Source of the DNA: Mobula hypostoma
Taxonomy: Eukaryota
Direction: 5' to 3'
Assembly (NCBI RefSeq): GCF_963921235.1
Contig: NC_086097.1
Coordinates: 189,350,001 to 189,414,000, forward strand
Length of the DNA: 64,000 nucleotides
Shown piece after piece: positions 1 through 12,898 of this stretch. Every line of letters starts with the position of its first letter. Positions within the stretch are counted from its first letter, which is position 1. Under the pieces are notes generated by a model that did no database searches, was not told the origin of the DNA, and saw nothing but the letters and a program-made list of their open reading frames with translations. The translations under genes were made by a program, and so were the position numbers.

Positions 1-1414
1 TCTTAGCAGACAAGGTGAAGGAGAATCCTGAAGGATTCTACAGAGATGTTAAGAGCAAAAGGTTTGCAAGGGACAGAATTAGTCATCTGGAATATCATAA
101 TGGTAATCCATGCGTGGAGCCAAAAAAGATGGGGAAACCTGAAATGAACTATTTTCATCTGTATTCACTCAGGAGGTGGCCAGACTCTACAGAAATGAGG
201 CAAGGCGGCATCAACTTCATGGACCCTAAACAGATTACAGAGCTGTTTGCTCTCTCTCGAGGCAAATTAAGGTGGATAAATCCCCAGGGCCTGACAAGGT
301 GTTTCTGTGTGAGGCAAATGCAGAAACTGCCGGGGCCCTAGCAGAGATATTAAATTCATCCTGATGACTGGAGGATATCCAATATTGCTCTGCTGTTTTA
401 AGAAAGACTCTAAAAATAAATCAGGAAATTATAGGCCGGTGAGCCTGACATCAGGTTATTGGAAGGTATTCTAAGGAACCAGATTTACAAGTATTTGTAT
501 AGACACGGACTGATTAAGGATAGTCAGCATGGCTTCATGCATGGTGGGTCATGTCTAATCAATCAGAGTTTTTCGAGGAAGTTACTAGAAAAGCTGATGA
601 AGGAAAGGCAGTGGATTTTGTCCACATGGACTTTAGCAAGGCATTTGACAAGGTTCCACCTAGCAGGTTGGTCAGGAAAGTTCAGTCACTTGGGACTCAA
701 GATGAGGTAGTACATTGGGTTAGACAGCGACTTTGGGGGAGAGGTCAGGGTGTGGTAGTAGAGAGTTGCCTCTCTGACTGGAGGTCTGTGACTAGTGGTG
801 TGCTATGGGGACTGGTGTTGAATCTGTGTTGTTTTCATCCATATCAATGATCTGGATGATAACGTGGTTAACCGGATCAGCAGATTTGCAGATGACACCA
901 AGATTAGGGGGTGCAGTGGATAGCAAAGGCAGCTAACATGGCTTACAGTGGAATCTAGACCAACTAGAAAAATGGGCTGAAAAAATGGCAGATGGAATTT
1001 AATGCAGACTATTATCAGGTGTTGCACTTTGGTAGGACCAACGAGAGAAAATTTGCTGCGTCTGGAGGACCTGAATGATAAGGAAAGGTTGAGTAGGTTA
1101 GGATTGTATTCCTTAGAACGTAGAAAATTGAGAGGGGATTTGATAAAGGTATACAAAATTATGAGGGGTACAGTTAGGGTAAATGCAAGCAAGCTTTTTC
1201 CGCTGTTGGGTTCTACCTCATCCAGAGGTCATGGGTTAATGATGAAAGGTGAAATATTTAAGGGGAATATGGAAGAGACTTCTTCACTCAGAGGGTTGTG
1301 AGAGTGTGGAATAAGCTACCAGCACAAGTGGTGCATGTGAGCTCAATTTCAATGTTTAAGTGAAGTTTGGATAAGTACATGGATGGTAGAGGTACAGAGG
1401 GCTGTGGTCCCAGT
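1..1414 (+). mobile_element. Degenerate CR1 LINE ORF2/3' end; the tail resumes at about 4327-4400 after the hAT insertion
   Basis: Fragments SQHGF, MDFSKAFDKVP, FADDTK and LYSLERRKLRGDLIKVYKIMRG. Confidence 0.9.
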
Positions 1415-4318
1415 CAAGGCTGGATTTAGTGGGGCTGGAGGCCCTGGTGGGCCCCTGCCGATACCGTAAAATGCTGCTGTATCAAGCAAAAAAAGGCAAG
1501 AACAAGAGCAAAGGTCGCACTGGTCTAAATATCAAAGCTGTGGACCAAGACATTGGTTTAGCACCATACCTAGGCTATAAACTTACAGGCCTTAAGAGGG
1601 AGGACAGAAAGTAATGCAGATTCTTAGTTTGAAGGACAGTATCTAAAGCATTCAAAAATAGACCTAGGCTTAGTTGGCTTAGTAAAGTTATGAGGGAGAC
1701 GAAGTATGATGTACCCAACCAATCTTAAATCTTCATTTAGCTATTGCTGCACATACCATAGGCCTTATTTCTCAAACAATGCCAAAGCATTTTTATCTGG
1801 TATTTTTCTCAACCGTGTGTTCTGAGAAAGTAAAATGGAAATGAGAGACAAAAAGGCAAAGTGAGATGGCATTATGGCAAACTAGGAACCTTGACAATAC
1901 TCCAACAATCTTTTTGAAAAATGAGGTCTAGCACATAATAACCTATTGCTGTACTGTATGGCTTGCAGAGTAAAGACCACTTATTACTTACTAGGTTTGT
2001 AAACAGTCAACTATTAGCCTATTGTCACAAAAACAGGAACAGTACTGACACACAAGCCTAGATATTTACAAAGTCAGATGCTCGTTTTTCAAAATTAAAA
2101 CCTACTTCTTCTGGATTTCTTTGCAGCAAAGTCCTTGATCAGATCACTAAAATCCAGTTTCCGAACAAGATCACTTTCAAGTGACATCAGAGTCAGATGA
2201 TTTGGCCTGTCCTGTCCTATTGTGGATCTGAGCCTATTCTTCACTGGCTTGAGCTCGGAGAAAGATCGCCCACCACTTGCATTTGTGACAGAGAGAGTCA
2301 GGTAAAGCCTCAAAGCAATGCTTACAATTTGGAAGATGACCTGCAAGTTTTTTTCTCTGAGGAAGCATAAAAGCTCTGTTGCGGATGAAATATCTTTGCC
2401 ACTTACAAATTCCCTGAAATGGACAATCTCCTCCACATAGTCTAACTCCAGGTCAGCTGAATATCTGCTTTGGAGATCAGATGCTCTCTTGTGCAGATCT
2501 TGTACAGAGAGAGAAGGGATACTGTTTCAGATGCCAAGTGTGTTGTTAAGGTCATTATATGATGCAAATCTGCAATCAATTTCTGCAAGTAATCTATCCA
2601 TCACGACCAAAAAAAACAGTAGCTAAAAATTTTTCTCTGGCTGACAAGCCAACATCAGCTGTTGTGGATTCACCCAGAACGGCTTTACGTTTTCCTTTTC
2701 GTTGGGTGTCTTCTTTGTACACTTGTGAGATTGTTGGAGACATAGTTTTAGCTTGGGTCTCAAAAGTACCAAATTGATCACGCAGGCTTGCTATGTATCC
2801 CCGTAGTGATCTCACCAAATCCACAGCATTACACAGGTCTAGATCTACAGATTGCAATGCAACACTTGCACTTTCAAAGTGCTGAAGAATGCAATGCCAC
2901 AATTTGCTCAGAAAAGCTATCTCAAGCTTGTCTATTTTTTTTGTTTAGTGACCTTGCTTCATTTCTAGTTGCCACATTCTGATTAATGTCATCTGCAATG
3001 CTCTTTAACGAATCTTGAGTATTGGCATAATTTCCGCACAATGCCTGTGTGGCTTCTGCGTATGCAGCCCATCTAGTATTAGAGAGAGACTTCAGAGTTT
3101 CAATGCTTGTTCACATTAGGTTGAAGTCCTGCAGTCACCACCTTCCACCTAGAAGTTGACTTGGAGCAGAAGTTGAACATATTCTGCAGGAAGCTGAAAA
3201 AAATCAGCAATTTCAACACAACAGTTGACACTGTTGATTCCAACGAGATTCAGAGTGTGCGCTGCACATGGAACCCACTCAGTAAGTGGATTGATTTCCT
3301 TGATGCGGGAGTGTAAGCCTTTGTATGCACCAGACATATTTGCAGCATTGTCATAGCACTGCCCCCTGCAGTTGCTTACGTCAATCTTCATCGCTCCTGA
3401 AACTTTGAGCACAGACTCACATAAAGCCTCCCCCGTGTGGCTCTCAATGGGTAGAAATCGTAAGAATCGCTCCTGAATGTTTCGATCAGTTGCCACATAA
3501 CGTAAAATGAATGTGAGCTGATCTACGTGTGCAACATCTGTGCATGAATCGATGCTAATAGAAAAGTATTTGGCCATTTCGAGTTCACTGATGATCTCTG
3601 ACAGAAGTCAATTGGTCATGAGCTCAATAAACTCCTCACATGTTTTATGTGAAAGATGTGAAGGGGTGCCCGATCCTGCATTTCCAAATTTCTGTATGTG
3701 CGCCTTCAAAAACGGGTCAAGCTCACTTATTACCTCTAGAATGCCCATGTAGTTGCCGTTATCAGGCCTGCCATATATGGCACTGGAGTCTTGGATAGCC
3801 AGTCCCCTCTCGACCAAAAACTTCACAACCGCCTCCACTCTTCTCAATACATCGGTCCAGTAGACACACACTGACTCGAACTGTTTTTGCAGTTCTGTAT
3901 CTATTCTTCCGCTGTCAGACACTAGTGTAACGTAGGTCAGTATCGTTTTCCTATGGTGTTCGCTATTTTCATGCTCTCCAGTCACTAAAGCCAGTTAGCT
4001 ACTGACTGTGGCAAGGACGGTGGTCCTGTGCTAATGCTAGTGCTAGCGCTAGCTGTTGAACAAGTCTCCACTTGTCCACTGGTCTCAGACTGTGACAAGA
4101 GCGATGGTACTGCTGCATCATCGAGAACAGGTCTAAAAAATTCTGTCAATTTCAATGTCTTTTTTTAATGCTTCTTTCTCACGGTCCTCTTTTTCTTGTT
4201 TCTTTTCTGTGCTCCACTCTCGTATTTTTTTTTTGTCTGCCATGATGATAGCTACCTATTTTGGGCCCCTCTGCAGCTCTGGCCCCTGGGCTGCAGCTCT
4301 GCTTAAAGTCCGGCCCTG
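1415..4318 (-). mobile_element. hAT DNA transposon (Tip100/ZMYM1-like transposase), frameshifted
   Basis: 8-bp TSD GTCCCAGT at 1407-1414 and 4319-4326. Imperfect TIRs CAAGGCTGGATTTA / CAGGGCCGGACTTTA. Transposase fragments FSISIDSCTDVAHVDQL, GQCYDNAANMSG, CAAHTLNL and a C-terminal dimerisation-like motif (RSFSELK...LRSTIGQDR). Confidence 0.93.
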
Positions 4319-4588
4319 GTCCCAGTGCAGGTCAATTTAGGTAGGCAATTTAAATGTTTACATAAGGACTAGATGGTCTGAAGGACCTGTTTCTATGCTA
4401 TTTCAAGAGCAATTGAGCTGTTCTGCAATATTATTACAGAGGGTACAGGAACAAAATTATTAAATGCATCTTCTTTCATCATAAAAAAATGGAAAGGTGA
4501 GTACAAGATACTACCAATGCAAACGCATCTCAATTCCATTATTTTCAATATCTGATGAATATCTCAAACAATTCAGAGTCTACTTTAC

Positions 4589-4774
4589 CTTTAGTTCCAA
4601 AATTGTTTCACGTTTGGATTTTGCCAACTCTGCTATCTTTACTTTCTGCTCTTTCACCATTGTGGTCAATTCCTGAACCAATGTCCCCAATTGTTTTTCC
4701 TTCTGCTGTGATTGAGCAAGTGCCTGGTTATTGTTTGCTAGCTCTGTAGTCACATGATCAAATCCACTTTTTAC
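4589..4774 (-). CDS. LRRCC1: LRRCC1 coiled-coil exon (last in window)
   Basis: aatacag|GTA acceptor and AAG|gtaaag donor; 186 nt, phase 0 to 0. Encodes VKSGFDHVTTELANNNQALAQSQQKEKQLGTLVQELTTMVKEQKVKIAELAKSKRETILELK. Absent from the ORF track. Confidence 0.92.
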
Positions 4775-6266
4775 CTGTATTTAAGAAAACATTATACAGA
4801 TAAAGGTATTGTTAATTCCTCTTGCAGGTACCTCAAAATTTTTGTTCAAAATAATTTACCCTTGAAGTCAAGGCAGAAATACTAACTATTTTGTATTGCA
4901 TACCATCATATTTTTCCAAGCAACTTGAAGCTCCAAGAACAGAATGTAGCCTGAATATTGAGATTTAAACTTCTATTGGTTGATATTAGCTGATATATTT
5001 TGGTACACTATTACAATTATTATATAACAGCTTCTTATAATATAGATTCTTTCGATTAAAATTAATTTTTTTTTACATATTACCACAAAGTTCCTCAGTG
5101 ACAATTTGCAAAGATCTACTCTAAGTAAGCAGAGAGAATTAGGTTCAGTTGTATTAGTAGTTAGAAATATTTGATCCTAATTTAAAAATATGAATTACTA
5201 TCCCTTTAGCCAGCACTGAATTTAATCTTGAGCAACAAAAAGGCATATGATATGTAAAAGATATGTGAAATTTTTTTAAGGGGCTTAACCATGTAGATGC
5301 TGAAAACATGACTCCAATTGTAGAGTAAACAAGTATTCGGCATTTAGAGAATTTCTTATTTCAGAAGATCTCTAACACAGACAATTGCAGAGGACAAATC
5401 AGAGAATGTATTCAAAGCTGAGGTAAAGATTTTTAAAATATAGGAAGTCAAAGATTACAGGAAACTGGCAGCAGAGTGGAGTTAAGGTGCAGATGAGGTC
5501 CGCTTTCCTCAATGAATGGCAGACAGCAGGCCTGAGGCACCACATAGCCAATGCCTGCTCCACCTACTAGTGTTTTTATTTTAAAAAAATCAAAGTAAAC
5601 AATAGAATACAGTTCCAAATTACTAAAAGTAAAAGTTAAGAGTAATATCAGAAAGTTATCCATACAGAGGGATAAACACATGGTATGGTATTAAGACAAA
5701 ACCCACAATAATTTAACAAAGAACAATTAAATCTTGGATGAGGGGACTGCAGGAAAATGGATGACAAAGCTTCCCTCATTCATGATCCTGTAATATAAAA
5801 GCATTCATGCATTTTAAAATCAGAATGTTTTGAATACTGAGTTTACTTTGCTTAAATATTCAAGATATTCACTTTCTGGAAGCATAGCAGCTTCGTTAAC
5901 AAATAGGTCGTATACATTTTGAAAAAACTTTTAATTAGAAAAATACAACTCAAGCATGGAAAAATCAGGATGGTGAGTGTTAAGAATTTAATCTAATACA
6001 CAAGGTAATTCTTTTCTCAGCCAAAACTTTAATTAGTTCAGAAGTTCCAATGAGTGTCATATGCTTTTCCTTCTCCTTTAACTTCCATATGGGCTTCTGT
6101 TTGAATTATTTATCCACTACCTTTTAATAGAGGTTATTATTAACTTTGCTTCTCTCTTATATCTAATATCTGCACAAAATAACCCCCAACTTTTCCCTCT
6201 GACTTTAAAATTCTCTCCTTAATTTACTAAATCCTCAAGAACAAAAATAACTATAAATAAACCCTT

Positions 6267-6348
6267 ACAACAGGAATTCTGCAGATGCTGGAAATTCAAG
6301 CAACATACATCAAAGTTGCTGGTGAACAGCAACTTTGATGTATGTTGC
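6267..6348. mobile_element. 82-bp hairpin mini-insertion made from the Penelope pLTR terminus
   Basis: 14-bp TSD ATAAATAAACCCTT at 6253-6266 and 6349-6362; internal inverted repeat GCAACATACATCAAAGTTGCTG / CAGCAACTTTGATGTATGTTGC. Confidence 0.85.
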
Positions 6349-6770
6349 ATAAATAAACCCTTCTCAGGTTTCAAAATGGGTACAGGTATCGATTATAACT
6401 GATGGTTTGACGACAAACTGCCATCTTCTTCAGGGATGATGCCTGGGCATGATTGAACTTGACGGCATATGGCTTTTGGGATACAGTACCTGATAAAGGA
6501 AGCCATTGAAGAACTAGAAGAAAAGAATTTTAACAAAAGTGAAGGTTTCACTCTAAGTAAGATCTGGAATTAATTGTAAATAAGGTGGGAGAGAGGAAAC
6601 CTGATTGAATTAGGACTAACAAACCAGGAGGGACGAAATACAGGGGTACAAATACCACTGGAGTAGACATGCCCAGGCATCATCCCTGAAGAAGATGGTA
6701 GAGTTTGTCATTGAAACGTCAGTTATAATTGATACCTGTACCCGGCTTGAAGCACGAGAAGAGTTTATTC
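6349..6770 (+). mobile_element. Second Penelope-like family (Poseidon-like): 3' fragment with inverted termini
   Basis: Roughly 90-100 bp inverted repeats (about 6351-6450 and 6669-6770) flank a degenerate GIY-YIG C-terminus (IKEAIE...KNFNKSEGFTLSKIWN). The right repeat holds CTGAAGA...GAAACGTC. Confidence 0.7.
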
Positions 6771-7789
6771 ACCAGGAAAGCACTAGATCCTTTTTCAGAA
6801 ATAACTGTTCTTAATGAATCATTTCACAAAATTTTGGGTGGCTGAACTTCCACTGTCCCAGCATTACCGATCTTTTGTGCTGGACCATACCATTTCTTCC
6901 AGTGTGTTCCAGAGAACAGTTTCAATAGGACAATCAGAACACGGTACAGCTTTAGTGGTAGATTTTCTACACATCTGGTCAGCTCACTTGAAAGGCTGAC
7001 TGATCATCAATGCGGTCACTGCAATTGAATATTCTGGAATGTCTTTAATATTTCAAAAGCATGAAGACCTTTTAAAAATACAAATTCTAAAATGAAACAT
7101 TCATAAGCACAAAACATTTAAAGGAAATTAATTAAATGAAATCGCACTTTCAGCAGCTGATTTCTCCCATTTGTTATGATGGGCATGGAGCTATGCAGCA
7201 GCAGTTTCATCTGAACTAGGAAACTGATACTGTGCTGTTGGACTCCATGTAGAATCCAAGAGTGCAGCACAGGTGCCCCGCAGCAAGTACTCCACTGAGT
7301 GTAAGATTATGCTGCAGCATCCCCTCTGGAATAGCTCGATATGAACTTATCCACTGGTTGATTCATATGGATATCAGCTGAGCATTGATTGACTCCAGCA
7401 ATTTTGAACATCTCACTGGTTTTTGCTTTAATCTTTTATAGAAGCCAGGTGTGCTCAAATTGGCTGCTGCTTTCTGCATTACAAGTAAGTAAACTTTATT
7501 TGTAAAGGACCTTGAAAAAGCCTACAAAAATTTAAATAGTGTTTTGATAACTTGGTCCTTCCCTCCTTTAACTAGTTTTAATGCTTCTGTACTTTAATAC
7601 TTGTTTATACTCTAATTTTTGACAATTCTCATGAGAGGTCATGAAGTTCAAATATTGCTTTTCTCTCTATGTGTTTTACCTGAAAAGAGTACAAACAGGA
7701 GGATATGAGAATTTTCTACTTTCATACCAAAAAATGCATAAAGTTCTGCATCATTTGTTCATTTTGCTAAAATCTAGATTTAAAAAATT

Positions 7790-8735
7790 TTCTCACTGCC
7801 TCTGGTCCTAAGGCTTTTCTCCCACCAGTACTCCCCTGGTCTCTCAGGCTCCGCTCTACTTTTTGTTCCCCCTTCATTCCTGTGAGATCCCATCTTCCTC
7901 CCACCCCACTTTCCCTGAACACTCCAATCCTCCCCTCTCCTCTAACCTCCACTTACCCTAGTTCAACTCCCTACTGTGTTTTCACCACCCCTTTCTGGCC
8001 TTCCCCTCTTGAAGCAGAATGTTTTCTACTCAGCAAGGGTCTTGGCTTTACCCACCCACACAAGCTTACTTCTTTGATTTCCCCACTCCGCACCAATGAT
8101 GCCTTCTCCCATCTTCAACCTTTCTCTTCTATTTGGACACTCTACTCTGGTCTGCAGTCCATTCCAGATATTTTCATCTCTAACTGCAGATGAGACATCA
8201 ACTGTCTTGACTTCAGTAGTCCCGTCCAATTTGAATCCCATGCCCTCTGAACGCACTGCCTTCTGCTCTCTCCGCAGCAATCTGACCTCTACCTTGCTGA
8301 AGCCAGGTGGCAACTCTCCGACACCTCCTTTTACCTTGAAAAGGGCTCAATAAGCTGCATCAGACTACTGTCTCCTGCACCACCACCAACCTCATTCACT
8401 CTGGAGATCTCTCATTCACTGCCACTAAACTCAGTTCCATTACCCCACACTGCTCATTTCCAACTCCTACCTGAGATACACAAACATGACTGGCTGGGTA
8501 GACCCACTATTTCTGCCTGCTCCTGTTCCATTGTTTGCACACCTCGACTCCATTTTGTTTTCCTTCCAATTCCACCTACATCATGACACTTCACATGTTC
8601 TCGATCTCTTGAACCACTAAGTTCCCTAACCCCAGTGGTCTCATTTTTATGATAGGTGTCCAATTCCTGTACACTTCCATCAGGAATGCTATACCTACGC
8701 TGTCTGGGGGAAGTTGTCTTCACCCTCAACAATTT
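7790..8735 (+). mobile_element. Old Penelope-like RT fragment; a degenerate pLTR at about 11787-11975 may be its 3' end
   Basis: LLSKGLGF, LLPEIHKHDWLGRPTIS, FLYTSI and EVVFTLNN resemble PLE RT motifs; C-rich composition. Confidence 0.7.
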
Positions 8736-11316
8736 GTACAAGGCCTATCAGCAGCGTCAACAGAGCTTTACCAAGAGGGATTTCTTGCAGGTCGGCGATG
8801 GTTATTTAAAAAGGGAGCTCCAAGAGTATTTTTCCATTGTACGTGGCCTTTCAGCAGCTATAACCGGAGCACCAGTCGTGAGTTGGATAGCAGGGAAGGT
8901 TCAGGCATAAAAGGGAGACACTGCCTAGCAGAGCGGTCATCAAAGGAGTGATCTGAGGCAGAATGGTAGGGCTTTGGCTCATTTGGGTGAGTGGACCTCG
9001 TTTTCTTTCTGTCTTTTTTTTAAAAGAGGAATAAAGTGCATGTCTGTAGGGTTAGTACTTTGCTCTGGGTGTCAGATGTGGGAATCCTGAGTCTTCCAGT
9101 CTTCCAGTCTCCCAGATGGCCACATCTGTGCCAGGTACACCGAGATGCAGCTCCTGAGAGACCGTGTTAGGGATCTGGAGCTACGGCTCGATGACCTACA
9201 GCTCATTAGGGAGAGTGAGCAGGAGATAGAGAGGAGCTACAAGGAATTCGTCACCCTGAGGCTGCAGGAGTTAGATAAGTGGGTGTCTGTCAGGGAGGGG
9301 ATGGGAAGAGCTCAGACAGTAGACAGCACTCCTGTGGCCATCTCCCTCAGTAATCGTTATCTCGTTTTGGATACTGTTGAGTGGGGGAGGGGGGTTGACC
9401 TGGCAGAGGATGACCACGGCGATTGGGTCTCTGGCACTGAGCCTGGTTCCATGGTGCCGAAGGGAGAGAAGATGATGAGGAATGCGGTAATCACAGGGGA
9501 TTCCATAGTGAGAGGAACAGATAGGAGGTTCTGTCAGTCTGATAGAGATACCTGCATGGTGTGTTGCCTCCCAGGTGCTAGGGTATGGGTTGTCTCGGAG
9601 TATTCTGAAGGGAGAGGGTGAACAGCCAGAAGTCTTTGTACACGTTGGTACCAATGACATAGGTAGAAAAAGGGAGGAGGTCCTGAAGAGAGCATTCAGG
9701 GAGTTGCGTAGGAAGCTGAAGAGCAGGACCTCCAGAGTAGTAATCTCAGGACTGCTGCCTTGGCAACGTGCTAACGAGTGCAAGAATAGCATGATCAGAC
9801 ATATTAATGCGTGGCTGAGAGACTGGTGTAGGGGGCAGGGCTTTGGTTCCTGGGTCATTGGGGCATCTTCTGGGGGAGGTATGACCTGTACAAAAAGGAT
9901 GGGTTACACCTGAACCCAGAGGGGTCCAATATCTAGCAGGCAGGTTTAATAGAGCTGTCAGGGAGGGTTTAAATTAATTTGGCAGGGGGATGGGAACCAG
10001 AGTGATAGGGCTGAGGAAGGAGAAAACAGAAATAAATCAAAGACAGCGTGCAACAGAGATGACAGGAAGGACAGACAGGAGATGAGGCATAATCACAGCC
10101 AGTGGGCTGAGTTACAGGGCAATAGAAGCATGGTGCAGTTAAAACAGAGAGCAACAAATACTGGATTGAAAGTGTTGTATTTGAATGTACGCTGCATAAG
10201 AAATAAAAGGGATGATTTTGAAATTCAGCTACAGATTGGCAAGTATGACGCTGTGGCCGTCTCTGAAACTTAGCTAAAGGATGGCTGCCATTGGGAGCTG
10301 AACATCCAAGGATATATGGTGTATCAGAATGACAGGTTAGTAGGCAGATGGGGTGGTGTGGCCCTGCGTATAAGAAATAATATTAAATCCTTAGAAAGGG
10401 ATGACATAGGATTGGAAGGTGTAGAATCTCCATGGGTTGAGTTAAGAAATGGCAAGGGTAAAAGGACCCTAATGGCAGTTGTATACAGGCCTCCAACAGC
10501 AGCCAGGATGTGGATTACAAATTACAGCAGGAGATGGAAAAGGCGCGTCAGAAGGGCAATGTCATGATGATCGTTGGAGATTTTAAGATGGAAGTGGATT
10601 CGGAAAACCAGGCCAGTACTGAACCTCAAGAGAGAGAATTTGTAGAATGTCTAAGGTATCTGAGCCCACTAGGGGATTAGCTGTGCTGAACTGGGTGCTG
10701 TGAAATGATCCGGAGGTGATAAGGAAGCTTAAGGTTAAGGAACACTTAGGGAACAGTGATCACAATACGATCGAGTTCACTTTGAAATTTAAGAAGGATA
10801 AACTAAACTCCAATGTGTCGGTATTTCAGTGGAATAAAGGCTGACAAGTGAAGTCAGAGCCAAAGTAAAAGCAAAAGAGAGGGCATACAAGGAAGCCAAA
10901 ACTAGTGGGAAGATAGAGGATTGGCAAGCTTTTAAAAACTTGCAGAAGGAAACTAAGAAGGTCATTAGGAAGGAAAAGATGAATTATGAAATGAATCGAT
11001 TGTTAGGGATGAGATTACAGAATACCTGGAGGCACATGACAAGATAGGCCAAAGCCAGCATGGTGTCCTGAAAGGAAAATCCTGCCTGACTAACCTACTG
11101 CAATTTCTTGAGGAAATTACAAGCAGGGTAGACAAAGGAAATGCAGCAGATGTGGTGTACTTGGATTTTCAGAAGGCCTTTGACAAGGTGCTGCACATGA
11201 GGCTGCTTAGCAAGATAAGAGCCCATGGAATTACAGGGGAGTTACTAGCATGGGTGGAACACTAGCTGATCGGCAGAAAACAGAGAGTGGGAATAAAGCT
11301 ATCCTATTCTGGCTGG

Positions 11317-11552
11317 TGTAAACACGAAGAATTCTGCAGATGCTGAAAATTCAAGCAACATACATCAAAGTTGCTGGTGAGCGCAGCAGGCCAGGCAGCA
11401 TCTCTAGGAAGGGGTACAGTTGACGTTTCGGGCCGAGACCCTTCGTCAGGACGACGTCAGGACGAAGGGCCTCGGCCCGAAACGTCGACTGTACCTCTTC
11501 CTAGAGATGCTGCCTGGCCTGCTGCGTTCACCAGCAACTTTGATGTGTGTTG
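11317..11552. mobile_element. Palindromic non-coding Penelope pLTR insertion nested in the CR1
   Basis: TSD CTATTCTGGCT at 11304-11314 and 11553-11563; two inverted pLTR ends meet at the ribozyme motif. Confidence 0.88.
11418..11452 (-). ncRNA. Minimal hammerhead ribozyme motif
   Basis: Reverse complement GTC-CTGACGA-AGGGTCTCGGCCC-GAAAC-GTC-AACT; core intact, stem I weakened. Confidence 0.65.
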
Positions 11553-12529
11553 CTATTCTGGCTAGCTGCCGGTTACCAGTGGACCAGTTCTGCAGGGGTC
11601 AATGTTGGGACCGCTGCTTTTTACAATGTATGTCAATGATTTGGACTATGGGATTAATTTGTGGCTAAATTTGCTGATGATACAAAGATAGGTGGAGAAG
11701 CTGGTAGTGTTGAGGAAATAGAGAGCCTGCAAAGAGATTTAGATAGTTTAGGGGAATGGGCAAAGAAGTGGCAAATGAAATACAATGCTCCCCTTGCCCC
11801 ACCACCTTATTCTGGCTTTTTTCCCCTTCCCTTCCAGTCCTGACGAAGGGTCTTGGCCTAAAACACTGATTGTTTATTCCTCTGCATAGATGTTGCCTGA
11901 TCTGCTGAGTTTCTCTGGCATTTCGTGTGTGTTGCTCTGGATTTCTAGCATCTGTAGAATCTCTTGTATTTCTGTTTTTAAGTAGTCGCTTTGTTTTCTC
12001 AAATTTATTAATATTTGAAACCTTTAATCTATTGTCTAACCATTTTAATGTTTACTAAAATGCACCTGTATATAGGTGCTAAATCAGTTTTTGATTATTT
12101 AAAGGGAAATTGAATTTATGTGTTCAGCAGTTGTAAAGAGGCAAGTCATCCAATCAATGTCATAGCTATTAATCCTTACCTCTATACAGTATTTAGATTT
12201 GTTGGCTGAAATGAGCTCTAACAACACATTATGTTACTGTAAACTGCCCTCAGTATATAGATGACTGAAGGAATCTGGAGGAGGAGTGGAAGGAAGTTAA
12301 TGACAATTTGAGAAGACTAAGAGTAGGATACTGCTAATGAGTGGTTGATGTTTGGCATAAACTTGATGGATCAAAGGACTGCTTTCCATGCTGTTATCTC
12401 TCTACAACTCTCTGTGTTTTAACAATCTTTAAACGTGATGCTGTTGGGTGTCAAAGTGATTTAAGTTGAACAAATTCTTATAAGCTCAAGATAAGTTCAT
12501 GTAAAAATATAATCATGCTCGTTAATTAC

Positions 12530-12731
12530 CTCTTTAAATCGATTTGCTTCAATAGCTAGAGCCATCCGAAATTCATCCTCTAAAGTATTATATTGTTGCT
12601 TAGATAGATCAATTTTTTCTTGATATCCTTTCAATTCCTGAGCATGTCTTTCTTCTACTTTCGCTACTTCTCGAGACACAGCATCTTGAAATTCTGGCCC
12701 ATTTAAAGTAACTCTGGATTTTACTTCTTTT
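12530..12731 (-). CDS. LRRCC1: LRRCC1 coiled-coil exon
   Basis: ttccacag|A acceptor and GAG|gtaat donor; 202 nt, phase 2 to 0. Encodes ...EFQDAVSREVAKVEERH...YQEKID...LEDEFRMALAIEANRFKE. Confidence 0.93.
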
Positions 12732-12789
12732 CTGTGGAATAAAAGCATTGTCATTTTACAATACTAATAAAAACAGTATATTTTGAAAC

Positions 12790-12898
12790 TACAAACAAGA
12801 GAAAATCTGCAGATGCTGGAAATGAAGGGTCTTGGCCCAAAACATTGACTGTAGATGCTACCTGGCCTGCTAGTTCCTTCAGCATTTTGTGTATGTTA
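12790..12898. mobile_element. Old degenerate pLTR-derived mini element
   Basis: AAATCTGCAGATGCTGGAAAT followed by GAAGGGTCTTGGCCCAAAACATTGACTG and CAGCATTTTGTGTATGTT. Confidence 0.65.

Larger units (their letters stand above)
8740..11786 (+). mobile_element. CR1 LINE with 5' region, ORF1 (Cys motif plus SGNH esterase) and internally deleted ORF2
   Basis: GDSIVRGTDRRFC, VHVGTNDIG, endonuclease motifs (YLNVRCIRNK, VVYRPP) and RT motifs (LDFQKAFDKV, KFADDTK). Confidence 0.9.

Noticed and set aside
12497..12754. Stand-alone 85-aa ORF (likewise 16373-16750, 34446-34649, 59340-59555)
   Set aside because: These are LRRCC1 exons with intronic read-through; splice sites define the real boundaries.
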